Shown piece after piece: positions 19,974 through 29,795 of a DNA stretch of 64,000 bases; the first letter of the stretch is position 1, and every line of letters starts with the position of its first letter. This DNA is from an uncultured Chloroflexia bacterium. GTDB lineage: Bacteria; Chloroflexota; Limnocylindria; Limnocylindrales; CSP1-4. Where the stretch lies: contig CAVPWX010000020.1 of the NCBI GenBank assembly GCA_963709605.1, positions 401,337 through 465,336 of the forward strand, given 5' to 3'. The notes under the pieces were generated by a model, which saw only the letters and a list, made by a program, of their open reading frames with translations, did not search any database and was not told the origin of the DNA. The translations under genes and the position numbers were made by a program.

Positions 19974-20104
19974 ACGTCCCTCCGTCTCGCGCCGCCGGCA
20001 GCCGCCGCGGGTCGCCCCGGACCGGCGGCGCGACGGCCGCCGCTCCCGTGGCCGCTCCTCAGCCCGGCACCGGCGGCAATGGTACCTGCCGCTCGAAGTC
20101 CTCC

Positions 20105-21268
20105 TCACGCGCGACCTGCTCCCCGGTCCGCGGGAAGACCGCGTAGGCCAGGACGGCCGCGCCGAGCGCGAGGAGCGTGGCGAGCGACGAAGACGATCTC
20201 GGAGCCGAAGGCGCCGTAGAGGAGCCCGCCGACGACGTTCGCCAGCACGGCGGCCAGCCCGAAGCCGGTCAGCTGGTAGAGGCCCTGGCCGGTCGCCTGG
20301 AGCCGCGGCGGGAGGAGGACGGCCATCGTCAGGACGCTGCCCACCCACAGCCCGGCGAAGCTGAAGCCGGTCGCGACCCGGGTCGCGACGATGAGCGAGC
20401 GGGCTGTCGAGGACGACCCACGAGGCGAAGCACGCCGCGTAGACGAGGATGCTGGCGGCGATGAGGCCGCGGATCCCGACCCGCGCGGCGATCGCAGCCG
20501 ACGACGAGCATCGCCGGGATCTCCGCGAAGGCGGACACGCCCGCCAGCAGGGCCACGTCCGAGGGGCCGCCGCCGAGCTCGAGGAGGCGCAGGGGCAGGT
20601 AGGTGAAGCCGGCGATGATGCCGATGTGGACGAGGAGGATCGCCAGGAGGACAGGCCAGAGCCGGGGCTGGATCCGCAGCGCGACGCCGAACGAGCCGCC
20701 CCGCACGTGGCCGCCGGTCGACCCGCTCCAGGTCGGCTCGGTCGACGTCGGGCGCCCGGAGCGCGGCCAGGCCGAGGAGCACGGCGAGCCCGGCGCAGAG
20801 CGCGAACGCCGGGCCGTAGCCGGTCACGTTGTAGAGGAAGCCGGCGAGCGTGGCGACGACCGCGAACCCGACCGAGGAGAGGAGCCGGATGCGGCCGTAC
20901 TCGCGGCCGTGGTTCGTGATCGCGTTCACCGCCAGGGCGTCGCCGAGCGGGCCCCAGGCGCTCTCGAAGAGGCTGAAGCCGACGAACCCCAGGGACATGA
21001 CGACGAGCGGGACGGGGCGCCGGCGATCAGGACGAACACCGCAGAGCCGACGGCCGCGACGGCCAGGGCCCGCCGGCGTCCCAGGATCGACGTCGGCGAT
21101 GTGGCCCCATGCCGGCACGGCCAGCGAGAAGGCGGCCGACGACGCGGCGGTGATGAGGCCGATCCCCTCGGGCGACACGCCGCGGTCGTCGAGGATCACG
21201 GCGATGAAGGGGTAGAAGACGCCGAGGGCCGCCCCGTTGAGCAGGAAGACGGCGCGTAGGGCACGCAT
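20105..21268 (-). CDS. MFS transporter (apparent frameshifts)
   Basis: MFS-like N-terminal half with 12-TM character. The middle segment is in another frame (ORF 20329..20706). Confidence 0.6.
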   Translation of the reverse strand: MRALRAVFLLNGAALGVFYPFIAVILDDRGVSPEGIGLITAASSAAFSLAVPAWGHIADVDPGTPAGPGRRGRRLCGVRPDRRRPVPLVVMSLGFVGFSLFESAWGPLGDALAVNAITNHGREYGRIRLLSSVGFAVVATLAGFLYNVTGYGPAFALCAGLAVLLGLAALRAPDVDRADLERVDRRPRAGRLVRRRAADPAPALACPPGDPPRPHRHHRRLHLPAPAPPRARRRPLGRGPAGGRVRLRGDPGDARRRLRSPRGSGSAASSPPASSSTRRASPRGSSSTARSLIVATRVATGFSFAGLWVGSVLTMAVLLPPRLQATGQGLYQLTGFGLAAVLANVVGGLLYGAFGSEIVFVARHAPRARRGRPGLRGLPADRGAGRA

Positions 21269-21393
21269 GCGTCCTCATGGTACGGGCTGGCAGTCGGGAT
21301 GCGTCGGTCCCTCGGTCGCTGGGCGGGCCCGCCGGCGCCCTGCCGAGCGTGGCAGACTCCGCCGGTGACCCCCGAGCCCGGCCGGCGCGAAGC

Positions 21394-22358
21394 CGTGGCC
21401 GATCTGCCCGCGCCCGCCGCCGATCTGCCCGCGCCCGCCGCCGATCTGCCCGCGCCCGCCGCCGGGGCACCCCGCCCGTCGGCCTCGTACGCCGTCCTGC
21501 TGGGCGCGCTGTCCCTCATGTGGGGCAGCAGCTACCTCTTCATCAAGATCGGGGTCGAGACGCTCCCGCCGCTGAGCCTCGTGCTGCTGCGCGTGCTCGT
21601 CGGCTTCGCGATCCTGCTCCTCGTCGTGGCCGTCACGCGGACGCCGCTGCCGCGCGACGCCCGCACCCTCGGCCACCTTGCCGTCCTGGGTGCCGTCAAC
21701 ATCGCGATCCCGTTCTGGCTGATCGGCTGGGCCGAGCAGCACATCGACTCCGGCCTCGCCGGGATCCTCCAGTCGACCGCGCCCTTCTTCACTCTCGTCA
21801 TCGCCGCGACGTTCGTCCACGACGAGCAGGATCACCCGGGGGCGGCTGGCCGGCATCGGGCTCGGCTTCCTCGGCATCCTGGTCCTTTCTCTCGAGAACC
21901 TGGCCGACCTGGGCAGCGCCCTCGGCGCGGAGCGGCTGCTGGCGGAGCTCGCCGTCGTCGGCGCCTCGCTGGCCTACGCGGTCGGCAACACCTACGCGCG
22001 GCGCACCCTCCGGAACACCCGCCCGCTCGTGCTCTCGACGGGCCAGGTCGGGTGGGCGGTTGTGCTGGTGGCGATCCTCGCCTTCGTCGTCGATGGCGGC
22101 GTGACAATGCCGGCGGTGCCGGAGGCCGCCTTCTCCGTGCTCTGGCTCGGGGCGGTGGGGACCGGTTTCGCCTACATCGTCTTCTTCCGGCTGCTTACCG
22201 GCTGGGGACCCACGCGGGCCAGCCTCGTGGCCTACCTCCTGCCGGTCGTCGCGGTGATCCTCGGGGTCGTCGTGCTCGGCGAGACGGTGGACGCCCTGTT
22301 CCTGGCGGGTGCTGCGCTCATCGTCGCCGGCGTCTGGGTCGTCAACCGGAAGGGGTGA
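21394..22358 (+). CDS. EamA/DMT-family transporter (single-base insertion frameshift near 21827)
   Basis: Two EamA halves (LMWGSSYLFIKIG..., ...LGAVGTGFAYIVFF). The frame breaks at caGgatcacc. The start must precede TM1 (YAVLLGALSL), and the GTG at 21394 is a candidate. Confidence 0.6.
21398..21460. repeat. Perfect 3 x 21-bp tandem repeat (GCCGATCTGCCCGCGCCCGCC). If translated it encodes (ADLPAPA)x3.
   Basis: Direct reading. It lies between the divergent MFS and EamA genes, and may be inside the EamA N-terminus if the GTG at 21394 is used. Confidence 0.8.
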
Positions 22359-22439
22359 CGCCAGGGCGCGGCGTCACGCCGCGCCGGCCCGGCCGATGCC
22401 CCCGCTCAGGTCTGACCCCTCCGGATCTCCTCCCCCGCC

Positions 22440-23070
22440 GCGCAGCCGACGATATGGTCGTTGACCAGGCCGGTGGCCTGCATGAACGCGTAGCAGACGG
22501 TCGGGCCCGACGAAGCGGAAGCCGCGGCGCTTCAGCTCGCGGCTCATCGCCCGCGACTCGGCCGTCTCGGCCGGCAGCTCGCCGAGATTGGCCGGAAGGC
22601 GATCGAGCGGCACGCCTCCGACGAAGCTCCAGAGCAGGTCGACCAGCGAGCCGCCGGCGTCCCGGAGCGCGAGCACGGCCCGCGCGTTCGCGATCGCGCT
22701 CTCCACCTTGAGCCGGTTGCGGACGATGCCGGGGTCGGCCAGCAGGCGGGCCACGTCGTCGTCGCCGAAGCCGGCCACGACGGCCGGGTCGAAGCCCGGC
22801 GAAGGCGCGCCCGTACCCCTCGCGCTTGCGCAGGATCGTCGACCACGAGAGGCCGGCCTGGGCGCCCTCGAGGACGAGCATCTCGAAGAGGTGCCGCTCG
22901 TCGCGGGACGGGCGGCCCCACTCCTCGTCGTGGTAGGCGCGGTAGAGCGGGTCGCCCTCCACGCCCCAGGCGCAGCGGGCGACCCCATCCGGGCCGACGG
23001 TGACGGTCCGCGTCGCCCACGGGTTCGCCGGCGCACCGGTCGCTCCCGCCGCGCCGGCCAGATCCGCCAT
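22440..23070 (-). CDS. tag: DNA-3-methyladenine glycosylase I (apparent frameshifts)
   Basis: CAWGVEGDPLYRAYHDEEWG, MLVLEGAQAGLSWSTIL, then ...RFVGP continue in other frames. The ATG overlaps the stop of the upstream permease (ATGA). Confidence 0.7.
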
Positions 23071-24758
23071 CAGTCCACGTCCCGCCGCCGGAGGCCCCAC
23101 GCCCCGAGGAGGATGCCGCCCACGGCGATGACGAGGCAGGCGGCGACGCCCACCAGGTCCCACTCGCCCACCATGGGCTTGCCGAAGTGGGCGGTCAGGG
23201 CGAGCTGGTGGAGCCAGTCGGGCAGGTTCAGCGGCGGCGCCACGAGGTCGAGCAGGTAGGTGGCCACCACGACAAGGGCGGCGATCTCGGCCGCGATCGA
23301 CGTCCGCCAGACGCCGCCGACGGCCACGCCGATCCCGACGATCGCGGCCGCGTACAGGCCGAGCGAGGCACAGCCGAGGAGGGCGTCGCCCGAGCTGAGG
23401 CCGCCGATCGCCGACCCGATCCCGACACCGGCCGCGAACAGGACGGTCGTCACGACGACCGCGAGGAGCGCCGCCACGCCGCCGGCGACGACCCAGCGGG
23501 CCCGCGCCAGCGGCGTCGCCAGGACCAACTCGAGGCGCCCGTCGCCCTCGTCCGACGCCCACCTCGCCACGAACGTCGCCGCGGCGAAGCCGGCCGCGAT
23601 GAACAGCAGCTCCGCGTAGAACTGCATCCACCCGCCGACCGACGCGAAGTCGGCGTCGGGGAAGAGCAACGAGAAGCTGTCGAGGAGCCCGCCCGAGCTC
23701 GAGATCGTGTCGGCCAGCGACCCGGCGAGGGCCGTGTAGAGGACGCCGATCAGGCGGAGGCCGATCCCCCAGGAGAGGGCCCGCGGGAGCTGGTCGCCGA
23801 ACGCCCGGGCCGTCGGACCGTGGACCCCGAGGACCGCCGCCGGCAGCTGCGGGAGCGAAAGGCCGGCCGTGACGCCCAGGTCGCGGCGCGAGAACAGCTC
23901 GATCCCGATCGCGAGGAGCGCGACGCCGACGATCCCCACGAGCGCCAGCGACGGCCAGTCGTAGACGCCGACGAGCGGGATGTGGTCGAACGTCCAGCTG
24001 AACGGGCTCAGGAGGAGCAGCGGGCCGCCGACGTTCAGGCCGTTCGTGATCCAGAGGGCCGCCATCGCGAGGCCGGCGACCCCGGCCGAGCCGGCCCGCC
24101 CGAGCAGCGGCGAGAGGGCGAACGCGAGGCCGCCGAAGAACATGGCGAGGCAGCCGATCCAGAGGGCGAAGCCGGCCGACGACAGCAGCGAGATGTGGTC
24201 GCCGAGGGCGGCGTCACCGAAGACGTTGGAGCTGAAGGTCGTCGCGAGGGCAAGAACCACCATCGCCAGCCAGAGCAGGGTCAGGTGGGCGGCCAGCTTC
24301 TCGAGGGCGATGCGACGCTTGCCGAACGGGGCGGCCGCGACGAAGTCGAGGCTGCCGCGGCGCGCTTCGCCGGCGAGCGTCCCAGACAGGGCCATGATCG
24401 ACCAGATGGCGGTGCCGAGGGCGAAGATCGCGCTGTACTTGAAGGTGACGTAGCCGCCGAGCGTGCCGACCTTCGCGCCGATGAGGTCGACGTTGCCGAA
24501 CAGCCGCATCATCGACTCGGGGATGCTCCCGAAGAGCGCGTCGACCTCGAGCCGGGCGGCCGGCGTTGGGAAGATGTTCGACACCGCGGCACCCATGACG
24601 AGCGCCATCCCGCCGAGCAGGCCGGCCGCGATGATGAAGGCGAGGCGGGAGTCGCGGATCGTCTTGCCGTAGATGGAGCCGAAGCCGTAGAGCTTCCGGC
24701 GCAGAGGGATCGGCGGGAAGGCCGTCGCCCGCTCGGGGCTGCCTGCCTGGATCGCCAT
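23070..24758 (-). CDS. ABC-2 type exporter permease (large, multi-TM)
   Basis: 562 aa and highly hydrophobic. Immediately downstream of an ABC ATPase. Confidence 0.65.
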   Translation of the reverse strand: MAIQAGSPERATAFPPIPLRRKLYGFGSIYGKTIRDSRLAFIIAAGLLGGMALVMGAAVSNIFPTPAARLEVDALFGSIPESMMRLFGNVDLIGAKVGTLGGYVTFKYSAIFALGTAIWSIMALSGTLAGEARRGSLDFVAAAPFGKRRIALEKLAAHLTLLWLAMVVLALATTFSSNVFGDAALGDHISLLSSAGFALWIGCLAMFFGGLAFALSPLLGRAGSAGVAGLAMAALWITNGLNVGGPLLLLSPFSWTFDHIPLVGVYDWPSLALVGIVGVALLAIGIELFSRRDLGVTAGLSLPQLPAAVLGVHGPTARAFGDQLPRALSWGIGLRLIGVLYTALAGSLADTISSSGGLLDSFSLLFPDADFASVGGWMQFYAELLFIAAGFAAATFVARWASDEGDGRLELVLATPLARARWVVAGGVAALLAVVVTTVLFAAGVGIGSAIGGLSSGDALLGCASLGLYAAAIVGIGVAVGGVWRTSIAAEIAALVVVATYLLDLVAPPLNLPDWLHQLALTAHFGKPMVGEWDLVGVAACLVIAVGGILLGAWGLRRRDVD

Positions 24759-24759
24759 G

Positions 24760-25664
24760 TCAGCCCACCTCCACGGCTTCGCGGCCGTACTGGGCCAGGA
24801 ACGTCTCCTCGAGGCTGGGCTCGCGGCTGACGAAGTCGAGCAGCTCGTAGCGGGCGGCCGCCTGCACGACCGGCGTGATCGCCCCGGCGACGCGCAGGCG
24901 CAGGACGTGGTCCTCGACGATCACCTCGCTGACGCCCGGCAGCGCCGCGAAGGCGGCCGCCGGGACCTCGCCCGCGAAGCGCAGCTCGACCTGGTGGTGG
25001 GCCAGGTCGCGCAGGTCGTCGACCGTGCCGACCTTGACCAGGAGGCCCTCGCGGATGATCCCCACCCGGTCGGCGGTCTTCTCCACCTCGGAGAGGATGT
25101 GGGAGGAGAGGAAGACCGTCGCCCCGTCGGCCACCGCCTCGCGGAGGACGCCGAAGAACGTCTGCTGGACGAGCGGGTCCAGGCCCGCCGTCGGCTCGTC
25201 GAGCAGGAGCAGCTCGGGGCGGTGCTGGAGGGCGATGACGAGGGCGACCTTCTGCTTGTTGCCCTTGCTGTACTCCTTGAACTTGCGCGACGGGTCGAGG
25301 TCGAAGCGCTCGACGAGGCCGGCCTGGTAGGCGGGGTCGACGCCGCCGCGCAGGTTGGCGAAGTACTCCAGGTGCTGGCCGCCGGTCAGGCGGTCGTAGA
25401 GGGCGAACTCGCCGGGCAGGTAGCCGATCCGGCGGTGGATCGCCACCGGGTCGGCGCTCGACTCGATGCCGAAGACGCGGGCCGACGCCCGAGGTCGGCC
25501 GGATCAGGTCGAGCAGGGTCCGGATCGTCGTCGTCTTGCCGGCGCCGTTCGGGCCCCAGGAAGCCGAAGATCTCGCCCTGGGCAACGGCGAGATCGACCT
25601 CGATGATCCCGCGGTGGCTGCCGTAGCTCTTGGTGAGCTTCTCGGTCTCGATGACGGCGGTCAT
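24760..25664 (-). CDS. ABC transporter ATP-binding protein (apparent frameshifts)
   Basis: Walker A (GPNGAGKTTT) lies in a different frame from the N-terminus (MTAVIETEKLTKSYG). The C-terminus is in the ORF 24760..25446 frame. Confidence 0.75.
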
Positions 25665-25677
25665 GGGGGCTCCTTTC

Positions 25678-26361
25678 TCAGGCGAACCAGACCTGCATGG
25701 CGTGAGGGTCGACGAGGACGAACGAGCCGGCGCGAAGGCCGAGGATCCGCTCGATCGCTTCCTCGTAGGCGGCGATGCGCCGCTGGGCCGCGGTGAACGG
25801 GACCCGGCCGTCGAGGCGATCCATGAGGAGGCTGACGAGCGCCTCGCCCGAGCCGGAGAAGAAGGCGACGAGGATGACCGCGCTGTCGTCGGGCGACGAC
25901 GGGTCGAACGTGCCCTCGGCCGCGCCCTGCCGGATGATCCGGGCGAAGAGCGGCACAAGGCGCTCGGCGCCGGCGCGGGCGACCCGGAAACGCACCAGAT
26001 CGTTCTCCCGTCCGTGCCACGAGCGGATCAGGGCGAGGAGCAGGTCGCTGCGCTCCGTCTTCCACGCCCCGGCGGTCGAGAAGACCGCCTGGAGCTTGGC
26101 GGCCGCGGGCAGGTCGGGATCGGCGACGATCGGCTCGACGAGCGCCATCGCCGCGTCCGTCATGCGCTCGATGACTGCCTCGAGCAGCGACTCCTTCGAG
26201 CCGAAGTAGTGATAGAAGGCACCCTTCGACGCGTCGAGCTCGTCCAGGACGTCCTGGATGCTCATCTGCTCGTAGCCCTTCGTCCGGATGAGGCGCTCGG
26301 CGGCGTCGAGGAACGCCTCCCGGCGGATGGCGCGGCTCGTGGGGTTCAGCGTGCGTGCCAC
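25678..26361 (-). CDS. TetR-family transcriptional regulator
   Basis: HTH region (AFLDAAERLIRTKGYEQMSIQDVLDELDASKGAFYHYFGSKE). A GTG start near 26361 is preceded by GAGAGG. Confidence 0.75.
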   Translation of the reverse strand: MARTLNPTSRAIRREAFLDAAERLIRTKGYEQMSIQDVLDELDASKGAFYHYFGSKESLLEAVIERMTDAAMALVEPIVADPDLPAAAKLQAVFSTAGAWKTERSDLLLALIRSWHGRENDLVRFRVARAGAERLVPLFARIIRQGAAEGTFDPSSPDDSAVILVAFFSGSGEALVSLLMDRLDGRVPFTAAQRRIAAYEEAIERILGLRAGSFVLVDPHAMQVWFA

Positions 26362-26371
26362 CGGCCTCTCG

Positions 26372-26400
26372 ATAATCGGACCGACCGTCGGTCGGATTAT
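26372..26400. promoter_or_regulatory. Candidate TetR operator. It is a 14-bp-arm inverted repeat, ATAATCGGACCGAC-c-GTCGGTCGGATTAT, with one mismatch.
   Basis: Read directly. It sits immediately upstream of the TetR start in the divergent intergenic region. Confidence 0.45.
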
Positions 26401-26466
26401 ACGCGGCGCCGGTCCCCCCGTCCCGGGCCGTTCGGCCCTGCCCAACGAGCCGTCGAGCGGGTGTAC

Positions 26467-26486
26467 AATTCATCCGTCGATGAATT
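26467..26486. promoter_or_regulatory. Perfect palindrome AATTCATC-cgtc-GATGAATT, a second operator candidate, about 50 nt upstream of the ABC ATPase gene.
   Basis: Read directly. AT-rich in a high-GC background. Confidence 0.45.
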
Positions 26487-26536
26487 CCAGCGCCGCGGGG
26501 GCCGAGCCCTCCCTGGCGCGCAGGACGGAGGCTGTC

Positions 26537-27304
26537 ATGACGGTCGCTCCCTCGGCATCCGGCCCGACCGCCGATGAGCTGCCGCCCGCGGCGATCCGGG
26601 CCACCGGCCTGGTCAAGGTCTTCGGCGCGATTCGGGCCGTCGACGACGTCAGCTTCGACCTCGCCCCCGGCCGGATCTACGGCCTGCTGGGGCCCAACGG
26701 CTCCGGCAAGACGACGCTGATCCGGCTCCTGACCGGCATGGCCCGGCCCACCGCCGGCCGGGCCGAGGTGCTGGGCACCCCGATGCCGTCGCGCCCGATC
26801 CTCGCCCGGATCGGCTACATGACCCAGGCGGACGGGGTCTACCCGACCCTGACCGTCGGCGAGAACGCCCGCTTCTTCGCGGCGGCGTACGGCGTCCGCG
26901 ATCGGGCGAGCGTCCTCGAGGCCCTCCGCCTCGTCAACCTCGACGACCGCCTCGACGCCGTCGCCTCGACGCTCTCGGGGGGCCAGCGGCGCCGGCTCTC
27001 GCTCGCCTGCGCCCTGGTCCACCGGCCGCCGGTGCTCTTCCTCGACGAGCCGACGGTGGGGATCGATCCCCTCCTCCGGGCCGAGTTCTGGGCTCACTTC
27101 CGGGACCTCGCCGCCGCCGGGGCCACGATCGTCGTCTCCAGCCACGTCATGGACGAGGCGGACCGCTGCGACGAGCTCCTCTTCATCCGGACCGGGAAGG
27201 TGACCGCCCGGGGCAGCGGCGCCGAGATCCGGGCCCGGGCCGGCACCGCGAGCCTGGAGGACGCGTTCCTGCGTCTCGGCGGCGCCGTGGAGGCGACCCG
27301 ATGA
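26537..27304 (+). CDS. ABC transporter ATP-binding protein
   Basis: Walker A (GLLGPNGSGKTT), signature (LSGGQRRR) and Walker B (LFLDEPT). RBS GGACGGAGG. Confidence 0.85.
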   Translation: MTVAPSASGPTADELPPAAIRATGLVKVFGAIRAVDDVSFDLAPGRIYGLLGPNGSGKTTLIRLLTGMARPTAGRAEVLGTPMPSRPILARIGYMTQADGVYPTLTVGENARFFAAAYGVRDRASVLEALRLVNLDDRLDAVASTLSGGQRRRLSLACALVHRPPVLFLDEPTVGIDPLLRAEFWAHFRDLAAAGATIVVSSHVMDEADRCDELLFIRTGKVTARGSGAEIRARAGTASLEDAFLRLGGAVEATR

Positions 27305-28445
27305 GCGGCCATCGCCTCTTCGCCTTCTTCCGCCGGGTGGCCCAGGAGATCCGCCGCGACCGCCGCTCGGTGGCGCTCCTCTTCGTCGTCCCGATCGTCA
27401 TGACGGGGCTCGTCACGTTCATCGTCCGCGAGGGCGAGACGCCGGTCGTGAACGCCGCGGTCGTCAACGACGCCGGCGCGGCCGGGATCGGCGCGACGGC
27501 GGCGCTCGACGCCGCGCTGGCCGAGGACGGCGGGTCGGCCGAGGTCGTCGCCGACGAGGCGACGGCACGCGCGGCGCTCGAGGACGAGGCCGTCTCGCTC
27601 GTCATCTTCCTCCCGGCCGGCCTGGGCACGGCCGACCCCGGGACGGTGACGCTCCTCACCGACGGCCTCGACCCATCGGGGAGGCGACCCAGGTCGCCGC
27701 CGTCCAGCGGGCGATGCTCCGGGCCGTCGGCACGCTCACCGGTCGGCCGCTGCCGACGATCGAGCACACGACGCTCTACGGGGTGCCGAGCGACGACCCG
27801 ATGGCCCCCTTCGCGCCGGCCATCCTCGCCTTCCTCGCCTACTTCTTCGTCTACATCCTGACCGGCATCAGCTTCCTCCGCGAGCGCGTCGGCGGCACCC
27901 TCGAGCGCCTCATGGCGACGCCGATCACGCGCGGCGAGGTCGTCCTCGGCTACACCCTGGGCTTCGGGCTCTTCGCCGCCCTCCAGGTCGGCCTGCTGCT
28001 CCTCTGGTCGCTCGGGACCGTCGAGGTGCCGGCGCTCGGGCCGCTGCCGGCGTTCTCGGTCGGCCTCGGGCTCGCCAATGCCGGCAACCCGCTCCTGGCC
28101 TATCTCGTCGTCGTCATCGCCGCCCTCGGCTCGGTGAGCCTCGGGATCTTCGTCTCCACGTTCGCCCGCACCGAGCTGCAGGTCGTCCAGTTCATCCCGA
28201 TCGTCATCGTCCCCCAGTTCCTCCTGTCGGGCGTCCTCTTCCCCGTCAGCAGCCTGCCGGAGGTCCTCCAGCCGCTCGTCTGGCTCATGCCCATGACCTA
28301 CGCCGCCGACGGCCTCCGCCAGGTCCTCATCGCCGGCGCCGACCTGGCGACGCCGGCGCTCCAGCTCGACCTCCTCGTGCTGACCGGCGTGGCGCTCTTC
28401 TTCGCCGGGATCGCGGCGCTCACGATCCGGCGCGAGGTCGCGTGA
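27301..28445 (+). CDS. ABC-2 type exporter permease (frameshift near 27690)
   Basis: The ATG overlaps the ATPase stop (ATGA). The second half is in the ORF 27714..28445 frame. Confidence 0.7.
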
Positions 28446-29200
28446 GCATGCCGGCCGGGCCCGGCCGGCAGCACGTCCGATCCGGGCGGACGGGGCGCCG
28501 GCCCGGCGCCAGCGACACCCGCGAGCGGATCCTCGCCGCGGCGCGCGCCGCGTTCGCCGAGGCCGGCTTCGACGGCGCGACGATCCGGGCGATCGCCGCC
28601 CGGGCCGGCGTGGACCCGGCCCTCGTCCATCACTACTTCGGGACCAAGCAGCGGCTCTTCGTCGCGGCGATGCAGCTGCCGGTGGACCCCGCGGCCGCCG
28701 CCCCCGTCCTCCTCGCAGGGGACCCGGCCAGCGTCGGGGCCCGGATCGTGCGCTTCGTGCTCGGCCTCTGGGACGATCCTGCGACGCGGCCGGTCATGCT
28801 CGGGATCGTCCGCTCGGCGGCGTCGGACCCCGTGGCGGCCGGGATGCTCCGGGCGATCCTCGCCGAGGGACCGTTCGCCGCGATCGTCCGCGCGGTCATG
28901 ACCGAGGAGCCTTACGCGACACTCGTCGGGCCGCTCGGGCGGGCCGACGCCGAGCTGCGAGCGACGCTCGTCGGGAGCCAGCTCGTCGGCCTCCTCATGG
29001 CCCGCGCCGTCGTTGCGGTCGAGCCGCTGGCGTCGGCGCCGACGGAGGTCATCGTCGCGGCCGTCGGACCGACGATCCAGCGCTACCTCGTCGGGGACCT
29101 CGGCGACGAGTCGGGGGCGGCGGCCGGGGGCCCGGTCTGCCGCGGCTGCCGCGGCGGCGACCGGGCTCTGACCGGCGGTTGCGTCCGGGCGACGATCAGC
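28442..29200 (+). CDS. TetR-family transcriptional regulator (3' end uncertain)
   Basis: HTH region (RERILAAARAAFAEAGFDGATIRAIAARAGVDPALVHHYFGTKQ). The ORF runs on in high-GC sequence, and the real stop is probably before 29248. Confidence 0.65.
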
Positions 29201-29247
29201 GACCTGTCCCGGCACGGCTTCCGTCCGGCCTGCGGGCAAGGGGTGCG

Positions 29248-29730
29248 TCACAAAGTCCGGTCCGGGCCCCCCTCGGCGACGCGCTTGAGCGTCGCCAGCT
29301 CGGCCTCCAGGCGCGGCCCGAGTGCGCGGCGCTCCAGGCGCAGCACGGCGCGGCCGATTCGCGAGCGCCCCTGCAGGTGGACGGCGCAGACCACGCGCGT
29401 GCCGCCGGCAGCGGGCGCCAGCTCCCAGCGTCGCTCCCCGACGATCGCCGAGCCCGCGATGCCGAAGCGAAAGCGGCGTTCCGGTCGCGCCTCCAGGCTC
29501 TCCACCTGCGCGCTGATGGGAAGCGGCCCCAGCCGCAGGTGCGCGGTTCGCCGGGCGCCCGCGGCCGGCCAGTCGGGGCCGGCCGGGTCGAGGTCGAGGA
29601 GGCCGTCAATCGCCGCCGCGCGCGTAGGGTCGTGCAGGACGAGCCAGACGGCCGCAGGCGGCGCATCGACGAAGAGCCGCCGCTCGACGGCGTCGGCGGG
29701 GAGTCGCGGGGTGGCACGCCCGGCTGCCAT
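29248..29730 (-). CDS. SRPBCC (polyketide cyclase/START-like) family protein
   Basis: 160-aa ORF with an SRPBCC-like pattern (FVDAPPAAVWLVLHDP...). Confidence 0.5.
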   Translation of the reverse strand: MAAGRATPRLPADAVERRLFVDAPPAAVWLVLHDPTRAAAIDGLLDLDPAGPDWPAAGARRTAHLRLGPLPISAQVESLEARPERRFRFGIAGSAIVGERRWELAPAAGGTRVVCAVHLQGRSRIGRAVLRLERRALGPRLEAELATLKRVAEGGPDRTL

Positions 29731-29795
29731 GAACGGATTATCTCACCGGGTGATCCGGCGCCCGTCCGGCTCCCCCGCCGCGCCCGGCGACGAGC

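Noticed and set aside
21277-22711. The 470-aa and 275-aa plus-strand ORFs across the EamA region suggesting large proteins
   Set aside because: They are read-through frames created by the single-base frameshift. The coherent product is an EamA transporter of about 300 aa.
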